From Candidatus Zhuqueibacterota bacterium (GTDB taxonomy: Bacteria > Zhuqueibacterota > Zhuqueibacteria > Residuimicrobiales > Residuimicrobiaceae): a stretch of 32,000 bases of DNA. This document shows, in pieces, positions 17,825 to 26,492 of this stretch. Every line of letters begins with the position of its first letter. The stretch's first letter is position 1. The notes beneath the pieces are model-generated. The model saw nothing but the letters and a program-made list of their open reading frames with translations, searched no databases and was not told where the DNA came from. The translations under genes were made by a program, and so were the position numbers. Where the stretch lies: NCBI GenBank assembly GCA_016934435.1, contig JAFGSU010000291.1, forward strand, positions 1-32,000, written 5' to 3'.

Positions 17825-19116
17825 TGGGGCGGCATAATCAGATGGACCTGACCGGCGCGAAACAATTTCTTTATGAGTTAGAATCTATCGGTTGGAAGCT
17901 GGATCTGCTGCGGATGACCGCATTCCTGGATCACCTTGGCAACCCGCAACAGAGATTCCGGAGCGCTCATATTGCCGGCACCAATGGCAAGGGTTCGGTT
18001 GCGGCGATGCTGGAAGCCATTCTGCGTGCAACCGGACGAAAGACGGGCATGTACACTTCGCCGCATCTGATAGACCTGCGCGAACGAATACGTACAAATG
18101 GCGCCATGATCGGCGCTGACGACCTGATTGAATTGGTCGAAAAATTCCATGGTATCATCACGGAAATCGGTTGCACTTTTTTTGAAGCCATGACCGGTCT
18201 GGCGTTTTACCATTTTGCCGAGACTGGTATCGATTTTGCGGTAGTGGAGGTCGGCCTTGGCGGTCGTCTGGACGCCACCAATTTATTGCAGCCTTCCATC
18301 ACGGCGATTACGAATATCGGATACGATCATATGAACTATCTGGGATCTGATTTGCCGCAGATCGCTCGCGAAAAGGGGGGTATTATCAAGCCAGGAATTC
18401 CAGTTGTTTTGGGCCGGATGCCCTATGAAGCGGAACAGGTATTACTTGAGATGGCCGAGCGTTCATCCAGTCCTGTTTTCTCAACCCGGCATTCTGTTTC
18501 CATAGAAAATCTGCAAATGCAAGCGAACGAATCGGATTTTACTTTATTGACAGACAATGGCAGATATGCTGACTTGCGATTATCGCTTGCAGGTCCGCAT
18601 CAGGTGGGAAATGCCTGTACAGTGGTGCTGTTGGCTGAGAAACTGGACGCGCTCGGTGTCAGAATCGATAAAAAAGACATCTTTACGGGTCTTCAATCCG
18701 TGGAATGGTTGGGTCGGTTTTCCATCCTAAAACATCAGCCCCTGATCATTTGCGATGTTGCCCACAATGCCGATGGCATGCGAATGCTGCAATGGATGCT
18801 TGATCATTTTTACCCCGACAGGTCTGTACACCTTGTGATGGGAGTTGTAAAAGATAAGGATATTGCGGCCATGATGCAGCGCTTGCCGTTGAAACTGGCA
18901 AAGGTGTTCGCTGTTCCGCTACAAACACAGCGTGGTTTGCCGGCGACGGCATTAGCGGCCGTAATCCCCCGGAACAAAGTAGAGATATATTCTTCCCTGA
19001 CCTCCGGACTGCGGCAGGCGATTGAAGAAACCGGGACGGGACAACTGATTTGCGTGACCGGTTCCCATTATATAGTCGGAGAGGCGCTTGAGCAAATAAA
19101 TAACTTGACAAAATAA
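17824..19116 (+). CDS. folC: bifunctional folylpolyglutamate synthase / dihydrofolate synthase
   Basis: Mur-ligase P-loop GTNGKGS and FolC-type motifs (YTSPHLIDLRERI, EVGLGGRLDATN) are present. ATG 17824 overlaps the upstream TAA by 1 nt. ATG 17842 is an alternative start. Confidence 0.9.
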   Translation: MGRHNQMDLTGAKQFLYELESIGWKLDLLRMTAFLDHLGNPQQRFRSAHIAGTNGKGSVAAMLEAILRATGRKTGMYTSPHLIDLRERIRTNGAMIGADDLIELVEKFHGIITEIGCTFFEAMTGLAFYHFAETGIDFAVVEVGLGGRLDATNLLQPSITAITNIGYDHMNYLGSDLPQIAREKGGIIKPGIPVVLGRMPYEAEQVLLEMAERSSSPVFSTRHSVSIENLQMQANESDFTLLTDNGRYADLRLSLAGPHQVGNACTVVLLAEKLDALGVRIDKKDIFTGLQSVEWLGRFSILKHQPLIICDVAHNADGMRMLQWMLDHFYPDRSVHLVMGVVKDKDIAAMMQRLPLKLAKVFAVPLQTQRGLPATALAAVIPRNKVEIYSSLTSGLRQAIEETGTGQLICVTGSHYIVGEALEQINNLTK

Positions 19117-19185
19117 GGAATATTTTATAAATTTTTAATAATGGCTCCTGTATCGCCTCAATAACACACCATATTTTCTTCAAAT

Positions 19186-19214
19186 TTGCTGCCAAACGAA
19201 TATTATGTGAGAAT
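19186..19214 (+). promoter_or_regulatory. candidate sigma-70 promoter with extended -10 (TTGCTG-17 nt-GAGAAT, TG at 19206-19207)
   Basis: Read by eye, about 50 nt upstream of the ABC ATPase start. A duplicated GAATATTA (19198-19205 and 19216-19223) flanks the -10. Confidence 0.3.
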
Positions 19215-19266
19215 AGAATATTAGCGTGAGCAGTCATCTTAAAAAACATTGATTGGGAGCAGAAGC

Positions 19267-20367
19267 TTGGCAAAGGTTGTGTTGGATAAAGTGACCAAAA
19301 TCTTCGACAAAAATGTGGTCGCTGTTGATGCCGTTGACATTGATATTAAGGACACAGAATTTGTCGTCCTGGTTGGTCCCTCGGGGTGTGGTAAGTCAAC
19401 CACCTTGAGAATGATCGCCGGTCTGGAGGATATTTCATCCGGGGAGATTAGCATTGATGATAGGATCGTCAATGACGTCCCTCCCAAAGACCGTGATATC
19501 GCCATGGTTTTCCAAAATTATGCACTCTACCCGCATATGAGTGTTTTTGAAAACATGGCCTTTGGATTAAAATTGCGTCGATATCCTAAGGATGAAATCG
19601 AGAAACGGGTTCAGGAAGCGGCTCATATTTTAGGAATCCAGCCGTTATTGAGTCGTAAACCAAAAGCATTATCCGGAGGGCAACGACAGCGAGTAGCCGT
19701 AGGGCGTGCTATTGTTCGAAAGCCAAAAGTTTTTTTGTTTGATGAACCGCTGTCCAATCTGGATGCAAAGCTGCGGGTACAGATGCGGACGGAGATATCA
19801 AAATTACATTCACGCCTTGAGACAACCATGATCTATGTCACCCACGATCAGGTCGAGGCCATGACCATGGGAGATCGAATCGTTGTTATGAAGGACGGCA
19901 AGGTGCAGCAGATCGATTCTCCTTTAAGCCTGTACAGCGCTCCCGTCAATAAATTTGTTGCGGGTTTCATCGGCAGTCCCGCCATGAATTTTCTGGAAGG
20001 TAAACTGGTCCAGGGGGATGGATTGTATTTTAATTCATCCTCCCTGCAATTGCTCCTGACATCGACGGTGGCGAAAAAATTGCAGCCGTTTATCGACCAG
20101 CCATTAATTATAGGTATTCGTCCGGAAGATATTATTGAGGCCGTGCAGGAAACGGTGGAGAAGAATTATGCTGTAATGCAGTGTAAGGTTGAGGTGGTGG
20201 AGCCTATGGGCAATGAACAATTTGTTTATCTTAAAATTGGCCAGGACTCACTGGTGGCGAGAATGAACACGCTGGCTCGGCCGAAAGTGAATATGGATTA
20301 CCAGGTTGCCTTTAATTGGGATAGGGTGCACTTTTTTGATGCGCAGTCCGAGGTCGTGATAAACTGA
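19267..20367 (+). CDS. sugar-type ABC transporter ATP-binding protein (MalK/UgpC/MsmX family)
   Basis: Walker A GPSGCGKST, signature LSGGQRQRVA, Walker B VFLFDEPLS and a C-terminal MalK-like regulatory/TOBE region are present. TTG 19267 follows GGGAG and gives the family-typical N-terminus MAKVVLDKVTKIF. The ORF track opens at 19249. Confidence 0.88.
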   Translation: MAKVVLDKVTKIFDKNVVAVDAVDIDIKDTEFVVLVGPSGCGKSTTLRMIAGLEDISSGEISIDDRIVNDVPPKDRDIAMVFQNYALYPHMSVFENMAFGLKLRRYPKDEIEKRVQEAAHILGIQPLLSRKPKALSGGQRQRVAVGRAIVRKPKVFLFDEPLSNLDAKLRVQMRTEISKLHSRLETTMIYVTHDQVEAMTMGDRIVVMKDGKVQQIDSPLSLYSAPVNKFVAGFIGSPAMNFLEGKLVQGDGLYFNSSSLQLLLTSTVAKKLQPFIDQPLIIGIRPEDIIEAVQETVEKNYAVMQCKVEVVEPMGNEQFVYLKIGQDSLVARMNTLARPKVNMDYQVAFNWDRVHFFDAQSEVVIN

Positions 20368-20501
20368 GATTTGTATGACTTGGACAATATCCTGTTTTCT
20401 GTCAAAAAATCCCCGATCAAGTTTAAAAGCAAATCCTTAAACTGAATAATCCCGGCAATTATCATTAAAATAAATGTTTAACACTATACAAAGAGGGACC
20501 A

Positions 20502-21749
20502 ATGGACATTGCGGAATTGAAAGCTTTAAAAATCGCTGATCTAACACGTTTAGCACAGGAATTAGGCGTTTCGGGATGCACGGGCATGAAAAAGGCTGAA
20601 CTCATTTTTTGCATCCTTGAAGAACAGACCAAAAAGGAAGGTTTAATTTTTGCGGAAGGTGTACTGGAAGTCTTGCCCGACGGATATGGCTTTCTGCGTT
20701 CGCCGGATTTTAACTATCTGCCTGGTCCGGATGATATCTATGTATCCCCTTCGCAAATAAAACGGTTTGGTCTGCGCACCGGCGACACGGTTTCAGGTCA
20801 GATACGACCGCCAAAGGAAAACGAACGCTTTTTTGCCTTGCTCAAGGTCGAGGCGGTAAATTTTGAAAATCCCGAAGAGGCAAAAAGCAAAATACTATTT
20901 GACAATCTGACGCCGCTGTACCCCCATGCCAGAATTGACCTTGAGACCACCCCCAACGAAATGTCCATGCGCATCTTAAATTTACTGGCACCCATCGGCA
21001 AAGGACAGCGCGGCCTCATCGTCGCGCAACCCAAAACAGGCAAAACCACTTTGCTGCAAAAAATTGCCAATGCCATCACCACCAATCATCCTGAAATTAA
21101 GCTGATTGTTTTGCTCATCGATGAACGACCGGAAGAAGTGACGGATATGGAACGTTCGGTGAAAGCCGAAGTGATCAGCTCTACCTTCGATGAACCCGCA
21201 GAACGCCATGTTCAGGTATCCGACATGGTGCTCGAGAAATCCAAAAGACTGACCGAGTACGGGCAGGATGTGTGTATTCTATTGGATAGTATCACCCGGC
21301 TGGCAAGAGCCCATAACGCGGTTGTGCCCCATAGCGGAAAAATTCTCTCCGGTGGTGTGGATGCCAATGCCTTGCATCGGCCGAAACGATTCTTCGGGGC
21401 TGCCCGCAACATCGAGGAGGGAGGCAGCCTTACCATCATTGCCACCGCTTTGATTGATACCGGCAGCCGTATGGATGAAGTAATATTCGAAGAATTCAAA
21501 GGAACGGGTAATATGGAGCTGGTACTGGATCGCCGCCTTTCCGATCGCCGGGTGTTTCCAGCCATCGACGTCAATCGCTCAGGGACGCGAAAAGAAGAAT
21601 TGCTATTGGATGAATTGGCATTGAACCGGGTGTGGATTCTTCGTAAACTACTGGCTGAATTAACTACCGTGGAAGCGATGGAATTTCTACTCAGCAAGAT
21701 TCACGGCAGCAAATCCAATAAGGCGTTTCTCGAATCCATGAGTGCCTGA
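20502..21749 (+). CDS. rho: transcription termination factor Rho
   Basis: The N-terminal domain ([22 protein letters not shown]), a cold-shock-like RNA-binding segment (GYGFLRS), Walker [10 protein letters not shown] and the [21 protein letters not shown] block are present. Confidence 0.97.
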   Translation: MDIAELKALKIADLTRLAQELGVSGCTGMKKAELIFCILEEQTKKEGLIFAEGVLEVLPDGYGFLRSPDFNYLPGPDDIYVSPSQIKRFGLRTGDTVSGQIRPPKENERFFALLKVEAVNFENPEEAKSKILFDNLTPLYPHARIDLETTPNEMSMRILNLLAPIGKGQRGLIVAQPKTGKTTLLQKIANAITTNHPEIKLIVLLIDERPEEVTDMERSVKAEVISSTFDEPAERHVQVSDMVLEKSKRLTEYGQDVCILLDSITRLARAHNAVVPHSGKILSGGVDANALHRPKRFFGAARNIEEGGSLTIIATALIDTGSRMDEVIFEEFKGTGNMELVLDRRLSDRRVFPAIDVNRSGTRKEELLLDELALNRVWILRKLLAELTTVEAMEFLLSKIHGSKSNKAFLESMSA

Positions 21750-21763
21750 TGTAAAGGTTTTTC

Positions 21764-21792
21764 TTGCTATTAAAATAATTTATCATTAAATT
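21764..21792 (+). promoter_or_regulatory. candidate sigma-70 promoter for rpmE (TTGCTA-17 nt-TAAATT)
   Basis: Read by eye in the 78-nt rho-rpmE spacer. Confidence 0.3.
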
Positions 21793-21827
21793 ATTTGACG
21801 TATACATTTATTATTGGAGGTATTGAG

Positions 21828-22052
21828 TTGAAAAAAGGCATTCATCCTGATTACAAGATCAGTACAGTTATCTGCGCCTGCGGCAATAAATTTCAGGTGC
21901 GGTCTACGGCGGGAGATCTGAGGCTGGATATTTGCTCAAATTGCCACCCGTTTTTCACCGGTAAGCAGAAATTTATTGATACAGCCGGACGTGTTGAACA
22001 ATTCCGAAAAAAATACAGCCGACAGGTGAAAAACGACGAAAAACAGTCTTAG
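21828..22052 (+). CDS. rpmE: 50S ribosomal protein L31 (Zn-ribbon type A)
   Basis: Motifs KKGIHPDYK and the Cys pairs CAC...CSNCHPFFTG are present. TTG 21828 follows GGAGG. The ORF track opens upstream at 21795. Confidence 0.93.
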   Translation: MKKGIHPDYKISTVICACGNKFQVRSTAGDLRLDICSNCHPFFTGKQKFIDTAGRVEQFRKKYSRQVKNDEKQS

Positions 22053-22073
22053 CTGTTCTATATTGCATATTTT

Positions 22074-22120
22074 AACGGAATAAATCCCATGTGGCGGTGG
22101 ATTTTATTCCGTTTTTTATT
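22074..22120 (+). terminator. Rho-independent terminator after rpmE
   Basis: A 14-bp stem pairs AACGGAATAAATCC (22074-22087) with GGATTTTATTCCGTT (22099-22113, one bulged T). A T-rich tract TTTTTTATTT follows. Confidence 0.85.
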
Positions 22121-22174
22121 TCATTCAGTATTGCAGATGATAATGTACTTTTTTTTCAGAGGACATCAGGATAG

Positions 22175-22576
22175 ATGAAAGAGTCGGATGATCTGGCATT
22201 AGGCGGACAAGCAGTAATAGAAGGCGTTATGATGCGGGGCCCGGAACGAATTGCAATCGCCGTGCGCAAACAAAATGGTATTATCGCTTTGAGATCTGAA
22301 CCATTCAAGTCCATCGTTAAGCGGTACAAGTTTCTTAATATACCTATTCTTCGCGGCGGCTTGATTCTGATCGAAACGATGTATATCGGCATAAAGGCGC
22401 TCAATTATTCCGGTGATGTCGCTATGAGCGCGGAAAACGATGCCGATGAGGATAAAGAGAAGAAAAATCGCTGGAACGGTCTGTGGATGGGGCTTACGGT
22501 CGTTTTTGCGCTGGTTCTTGGTTTGGCTTTTTTCTTTTATTTGCCCCTCATCATAACGGAGATGATGGGACTGTAA
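22175..22576 (+). CDS. DUF1385 (YqhQ-like) membrane protein, N-terminal fragment ending at an in-frame TAA
   Basis: It has the family N-terminal motif GGQAVIEGVMMRGP and the first TM segment. It stops at TAA 22574-22576, in the same frame as the next ORF. Confidence 0.8.
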   Translation: MKESDDLALGGQAVIEGVMMRGPERIAIAVRKQNGIIALRSEPFKSIVKRYKFLNIPILRGGLILIETMYIGIKALNYSGDVAMSAENDADEDKEKKNRWNGLWMGLTVVFALVLGLAFFFYLPLIITEMMGL

Positions 22577-22597
22577 TCTGGATTCTGGTTCAATCTG

Positions 22598-23104
22598 GTG
22601 GATGGAATCATCCGATTGCTGTTTTTTTTAGGTTATATTTATGCCATCTCATTCTGGAAGGAAATTAAACGCGTTTTTGAGTACCATGGTGCAGAGCATA
22701 AAAGTATTTTTGCCTACGAGGATAAAAAGACTCTAGTGGCCGCATCGGCCAGGCCTTATTCCACCCACCATCCTCGCTGTGGAACCAGCTTCCTGATCAT
22801 CGTTATACTGGTCAGCATCATCGTATTCATGTTCCTGGGAAAGCCCATGACGATCGGTGATCGGCTCTTGCGATTGGCTTTCGTGCCGGTAATCGGCGGC
22901 ATCTCTTATGAGTTGATCAAATTGTCCGGCAAAGCATATAAATATGCATTTTTTCGATTTTTTCTACAACCCGGATTATGGCTGCAGCGGATTACCACCT
23001 CCGAGCCCGATGATTCGCAATTGGAAGTGGCGATGGTCGCTCTCAAATGCGCTCTCGGTAGAGAACCATTTGTCGGCCCTTCAAAGGTGGAATTAATTTC
23101 ATAG
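22598..23104 (+). CDS. DUF1385 (YqhQ-like) membrane protein, C-terminal fragment (same frame as 22175-22576)
   Basis: Family motifs FEYHGAEHK, HPRCGTSF and WLQRITTSEPDD are present. The open frame actually resumes at 22577, right after the TAA. GTG 22598 is the first possible start and has no SD. Confidence 0.75.
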   Translation: MDGIIRLLFFLGYIYAISFWKEIKRVFEYHGAEHKSIFAYEDKKTLVAASARPYSTHHPRCGTSFLIIVILVSIIVFMFLGKPMTIGDRLLRLAFVPVIGGISYELIKLSGKAYKYAFFRFFLQPGLWLQRITTSEPDDSQLEVAMVALKCALGREPFVGPSKVELIS

Positions 23105-23114
23105 GAAACAAACA

Positions 23115-24182
23115 GTGATTGATAAATTAGTTGGGGTTGAAAAACGTTATAATGAAATAGAGAACCAGCTCAGTGATCCGCAGGTATTGAGCAAGCCGGC
23201 TCTCTACCGTAGCCTCTCCAAAGAAGCCAGCAGCCTGTCTGAAATCGTCAACCTGTTCCGTAAATATCTAAAGTTGTTGCAGGACATTGAGAGCGATGAA
23301 CAGGTGGTACGCGAATCGTCTGATAAGGAGCTGATCGAAATGGCCGAGCAGGAAATAGAAGAATTCGCGCGGCAAAAGGAGGAGATGGAAGAGCGCCTCA
23401 GACTATTGTTAATACCCAAAGATCCGCAAGACAGTCGGAATGCCATTATTGAAATCCGCGCCGGCACCGGCGGCGACGAGGCCGGCCTGTTTGCCGGCGA
23501 TCTATTTCGCATGTATCAACATTTCGCCGAAAGACAGGGATGGAAACTTGAAATTATGAGTTCTAATCCGCAGGGCATCGGCGGATTTCGCGAAATTATT
23601 TTCCTGTTATCCGGTAATGATGTTTTCGCCAGGATGAAATATGAAGGCGGTGTACATCGGGTGCAGCGGGTACCTGTCACCGAGGCGAGTGGGCGCATCC
23701 ATACTTCTGCTGCCTCGGTTGCCGTGTTGCCCGAAGCCGAAGAAATTGACATCCAACTGGATCCCAATGATCTGCGCGTTGATGTGTTCCGCTCTTCCGG
23801 CCCGGGCGGCCAGAGTGTGAACACCACCGACTCGGCTGTTCGCATCACCCATATACCTTCGGGTATCGTGGTAAGCTGTCAGGATGAAAAATCACAGCAC
23901 AAGAACAAGGCCAAAGCCCTCAAGGTGTTGCGCGCGCGCCTGTTTGAACAGATGCTGGAAAAAGAACAGGCGAAATTAACCGAGAAACGGCGTTCCATGG
24001 TCAGCACGGGCGATCGCAGCGCAAAAATTCGCACCTATAATTTCCCCCAGAACCGCGTCACCGATCATCGCATCGGTCTGACTCTGTACAAACTGGATGA
24101 GGTCTTAACCGGAGGCTTGGACGAGTTTATTGAACAACTGCAGTTAACCGACCGCAGCCAACAGCTTGAAGCGCTAAATTAG
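23115..24182 (+). CDS. prfA: peptide chain release factor 1
   Basis: The RF1-type PxT tripeptide (RVPVTE) and the GGQ motif (SGPGGQSVNTT) are present. The start codon is GTG. Confidence 0.97.
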   Translation: MIDKLVGVEKRYNEIENQLSDPQVLSKPALYRSLSKEASSLSEIVNLFRKYLKLLQDIESDEQVVRESSDKELIEMAEQEIEEFARQKEEMEERLRLLLIPKDPQDSRNAIIEIRAGTGGDEAGLFAGDLFRMYQHFAERQGWKLEIMSSNPQGIGGFREIIFLLSGNDVFARMKYEGGVHRVQRVPVTEASGRIHTSAASVAVLPEAEEIDIQLDPNDLRVDVFRSSGPGGQSVNTTDSAVRITHIPSGIVVSCQDEKSQHKNKAKALKVLRARLFEQMLEKEQAKLTEKRRSMVSTGDRSAKIRTYNFPQNRVTDHRIGLTLYKLDEVLTGGLDEFIEQLQLTDRSQQLEALN

Positions 24183-24194
24183 AATTTCAGGACT

Positions 24195-25097
24195 ATGCAA
24201 AAAGAAACACAATCGTGGACGGTTATTACCCTCTTGCAGAGAACTGTTAGCTATTTGCAGGAGAAACTTTTTGAAAATCCAAGGCTCGAAACCGAGCATT
24301 TGTTAGCCAGAGCGCTCCATCTCCGACGCATCGATTTGTACCTGCAATTCGACCGCCCGCTTACTAACGAAGAAGTGAATCTATTCAGAACACTGCTGCA
24401 GCGACGTCTGGCACATGAACCGTTGCAGTACATTACCGGCGAAACGGAATTCATGGCGCTGCCTTTTTATGTTGGCAAAGGCGTTCTGATACCCCGGCCT
24501 GAAACGGAAATATTAGTTGAAAATGCATTTTCGATAGGCCGAACGATTTTTAATTCCACGGGCGATTTTAACATCTTAGATATCGGCACCGGTTCGGGTA
24601 ACATCGCCGTTTCAATTGCAAAAAATATTCCTCACAGCAAAATCGTCGCCATTGATCATTCTTCGTCGGCATTGGCCTATGCGGAAAAAAATGCGGCGCG
24701 ACATTCCGTTTCCGCTCAAGTTCAATTTATGGCGCACGATATCCGTTCGGCGGTTCCGGATCAATGGTATCATCGGTTTCAATTAATTTTATCAAATCCA
24801 CCGTATATTCGAACACAAGATTATCACACGCTCGCTGATGAGATCGTAAAGTATGAGCCCCCGGAAGCGTTATTAGGCGGTGAGGACGGTCTGGATTATT
24901 ATCGTGTTTTGAGTCGGCAAGTGCCGCTTTTGTTGCAGCCCGGCGGGTATGCTCTTCTCGAAATCGGGGCGGATATGGCTTCTGCAGTGATGGAAATATT
25001 TCATCAGTCCTGTTTTGATCAAACTAAGGTAATACCGGACCTGGCCGGCAGAGATCGTATTATATCATTCTGTTTCAGGGAGGAAAAGACGCCATGA
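24195..25097 (+). CDS. prmC: release-factor glutamine N5-methyltransferase PrmC/HemK
   Basis: SAM-binding ILDIGTGSGNIA and catalytic NPPY (ILSNPPYI) are present. It lies directly downstream of prfA. Confidence 0.92.
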   Translation: MQKETQSWTVITLLQRTVSYLQEKLFENPRLETEHLLARALHLRRIDLYLQFDRPLTNEEVNLFRTLLQRRLAHEPLQYITGETEFMALPFYVGKGVLIPRPETEILVENAFSIGRTIFNSTGDFNILDIGTGSGNIAVSIAKNIPHSKIVAIDHSSSALAYAEKNAARHSVSAQVQFMAHDIRSAVPDQWYHRFQLILSNPPYIRTQDYHTLADEIVKYEPPEALLGGEDGLDYYRVLSRQVPLLLQPGGYALLEIGADMASAVMEIFHQSCFDQTKVIPDLAGRDRIISFCFREEKTP

Positions 25098-26473
25098 ACG
25101 AGAGTATTTTTCGTGAATATGACATTCGAGGGATTGTCCGGACCGATTTAACCGATAATGTCGTTCACAACCTGGGCAGAGCTTATGGAACCTGGATGCA
25201 TCGCCGCAACCATCGGGTGGTTGCCGTTGGGTATGATGTGCGGCTATCCTCCCCTCACCTGGCCAGGCTATTTACCGCCGGCGTGTTGTCTGCCGGCATC
25301 AATGTATTGAACATCGGACAGGTTACGACGCCCATTCTTTATTATGCCATTGTGCACCTGAAGGCTCATGGCGGCGTCATGATTACCGGAAGCCATAATC
25401 CCATCGAGTTTAACGGCTTAAAGATTTGTGAGAGCCTGGCGCCCGTTTATGGGGAGCAAATACAGGAACTAAAAGCCATCATGATTAAAGAAGACTTTGA
25501 CCGGTTACCCAATGGCACCTTAGAACAGAGGGAGATTGTTCCGGACTATCTGAAAATGCTGAAGGACAAATTTCGATTCGACAAAAAATTAAAGGTTGTC
25601 ATTGACGCCGGAAACGGAACAGCCGGCCCCATTGCCGTGCCGCTTTGGCGGGAGCTTGGTATGGAAGTGATACCGCTATACTGTGAAGTGGATGGAAATT
25701 TTCCCAATCATTTGCCGGACCCCACGGTTCCCCGATTTATGCAGGATTTGTGCAGGACGGTTGTGGCTGAAAAGGCCGACCTGGGCATCGGGTACGACGG
25801 CGACGCAGACCGTGTCGGCATCGTGGATGATAAGGGTCGATTGATTTATGCCGACCAACTCATGGTCCTGCTCAGCCGGGATGTGTTATCCCGCCATCCG
25901 GGCGAATATATCCTCTTTGATATAAAATGTTCACAACTGCTGGGTGATGAAATCAAGAAAGCCGGCGGCAAGCCCCTGATGTGGAAGACCGGTCATTCAC
26001 TGCTCAAGGCCAAGATGAAGGAGAAGCACGCGCCCTTTGCCGGCGAAATGTCGGGCCATCTCTTCTTCGCCGATCAATATTATGGTTTTGATGACGGCCT
26101 CTATGCCTCCGGACGAATCATGCAGATCGTCGCAAAATCCGATAAAAATCTATCGCAAATGATAGATGCGCTCCCCGCTTTTTTCTCCACACCCGAGATC
26201 AGAGTGGAATGTGCCGACAAAATCAAATTTCAGGTCATCGAAAATCTGGTTGATGTCTTTCAGCAACAGTACGAAACCATTACCCTGGATGGCGCGAGAG
26301 TGGTGTTCGAGGATGGATGGGGATTGGTGCGCGCTTCCAACACACAACCCGTTCTGGTGTTGCGGTTCGAAGCCAAAACTCAAAAACGGCTTGGGGAGAT
26401 CATGAATTTATTCAAAATAGAACTGGAGAAATTCCCTGACGTAAAATTTTCTCCGGAAGATTTTTCTCTTTAA
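25094..26473 (+). CDS. phosphomannomutase / phosphoglucomutase (alpha-D-phosphohexomutase family)
   Basis: N-terminus FREYDIRG, active-site TGSHNP, metal loop GYDGDADR and sugar-binding GEMSGH are present. It has an ATGA overlap with prmC. Confidence 0.9.
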   Translation: MNESIFREYDIRGIVRTDLTDNVVHNLGRAYGTWMHRRNHRVVAVGYDVRLSSPHLARLFTAGVLSAGINVLNIGQVTTPILYYAIVHLKAHGGVMITGSHNPIEFNGLKICESLAPVYGEQIQELKAIMIKEDFDRLPNGTLEQREIVPDYLKMLKDKFRFDKKLKVVIDAGNGTAGPIAVPLWRELGMEVIPLYCEVDGNFPNHLPDPTVPRFMQDLCRTVVAEKADLGIGYDGDADRVGIVDDKGRLIYADQLMVLLSRDVLSRHPGEYILFDIKCSQLLGDEIKKAGGKPLMWKTGHSLLKAKMKEKHAPFAGEMSGHLFFADQYYGFDDGLYASGRIMQIVAKSDKNLSQMIDALPAFFSTPEIRVECADKIKFQVIENLVDVFQQQYETITLDGARVVFEDGWGLVRASNTQPVLVLRFEAKTQKRLGEIMNLFKIELEKFPDVKFSPEDFSL

Positions 26474-26492
26474 TGGATTGTGAATCTGACCA

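Noticed and set aside
14766-19116. A search for a sigma-54 promoter (TGGCAC-N5-TTGC) that the NtrC-type regulator could act on locally.
   Set aside because: Every TGGCA occurrence I checked by eye (for example near 13571, 18891, 19261, 20991 and 28971) lacks a correctly spaced TTGC/GC element or lies inside a coding region. A computational scan is still advisable.
22574-22576. The in-frame TAA as evidence for a reassigned genetic code.
   Set aside because: TAA also ends recR, recA, the PLP enzyme, gmhA, the propeller gene, folC, the mutase, rnr and the S8 protease. TAG and TGA also terminate neighbouring genes at positions giving normal protein lengths.
22483-22668. A 61-aa ORF bridging the DUF1385 break in another frame, which could suggest a frameshift.
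   Set aside because: The two DUF1385 halves are in the same frame, so no frameshift is needed. The bridging ORF is an alternative-frame artefact with no family motifs.
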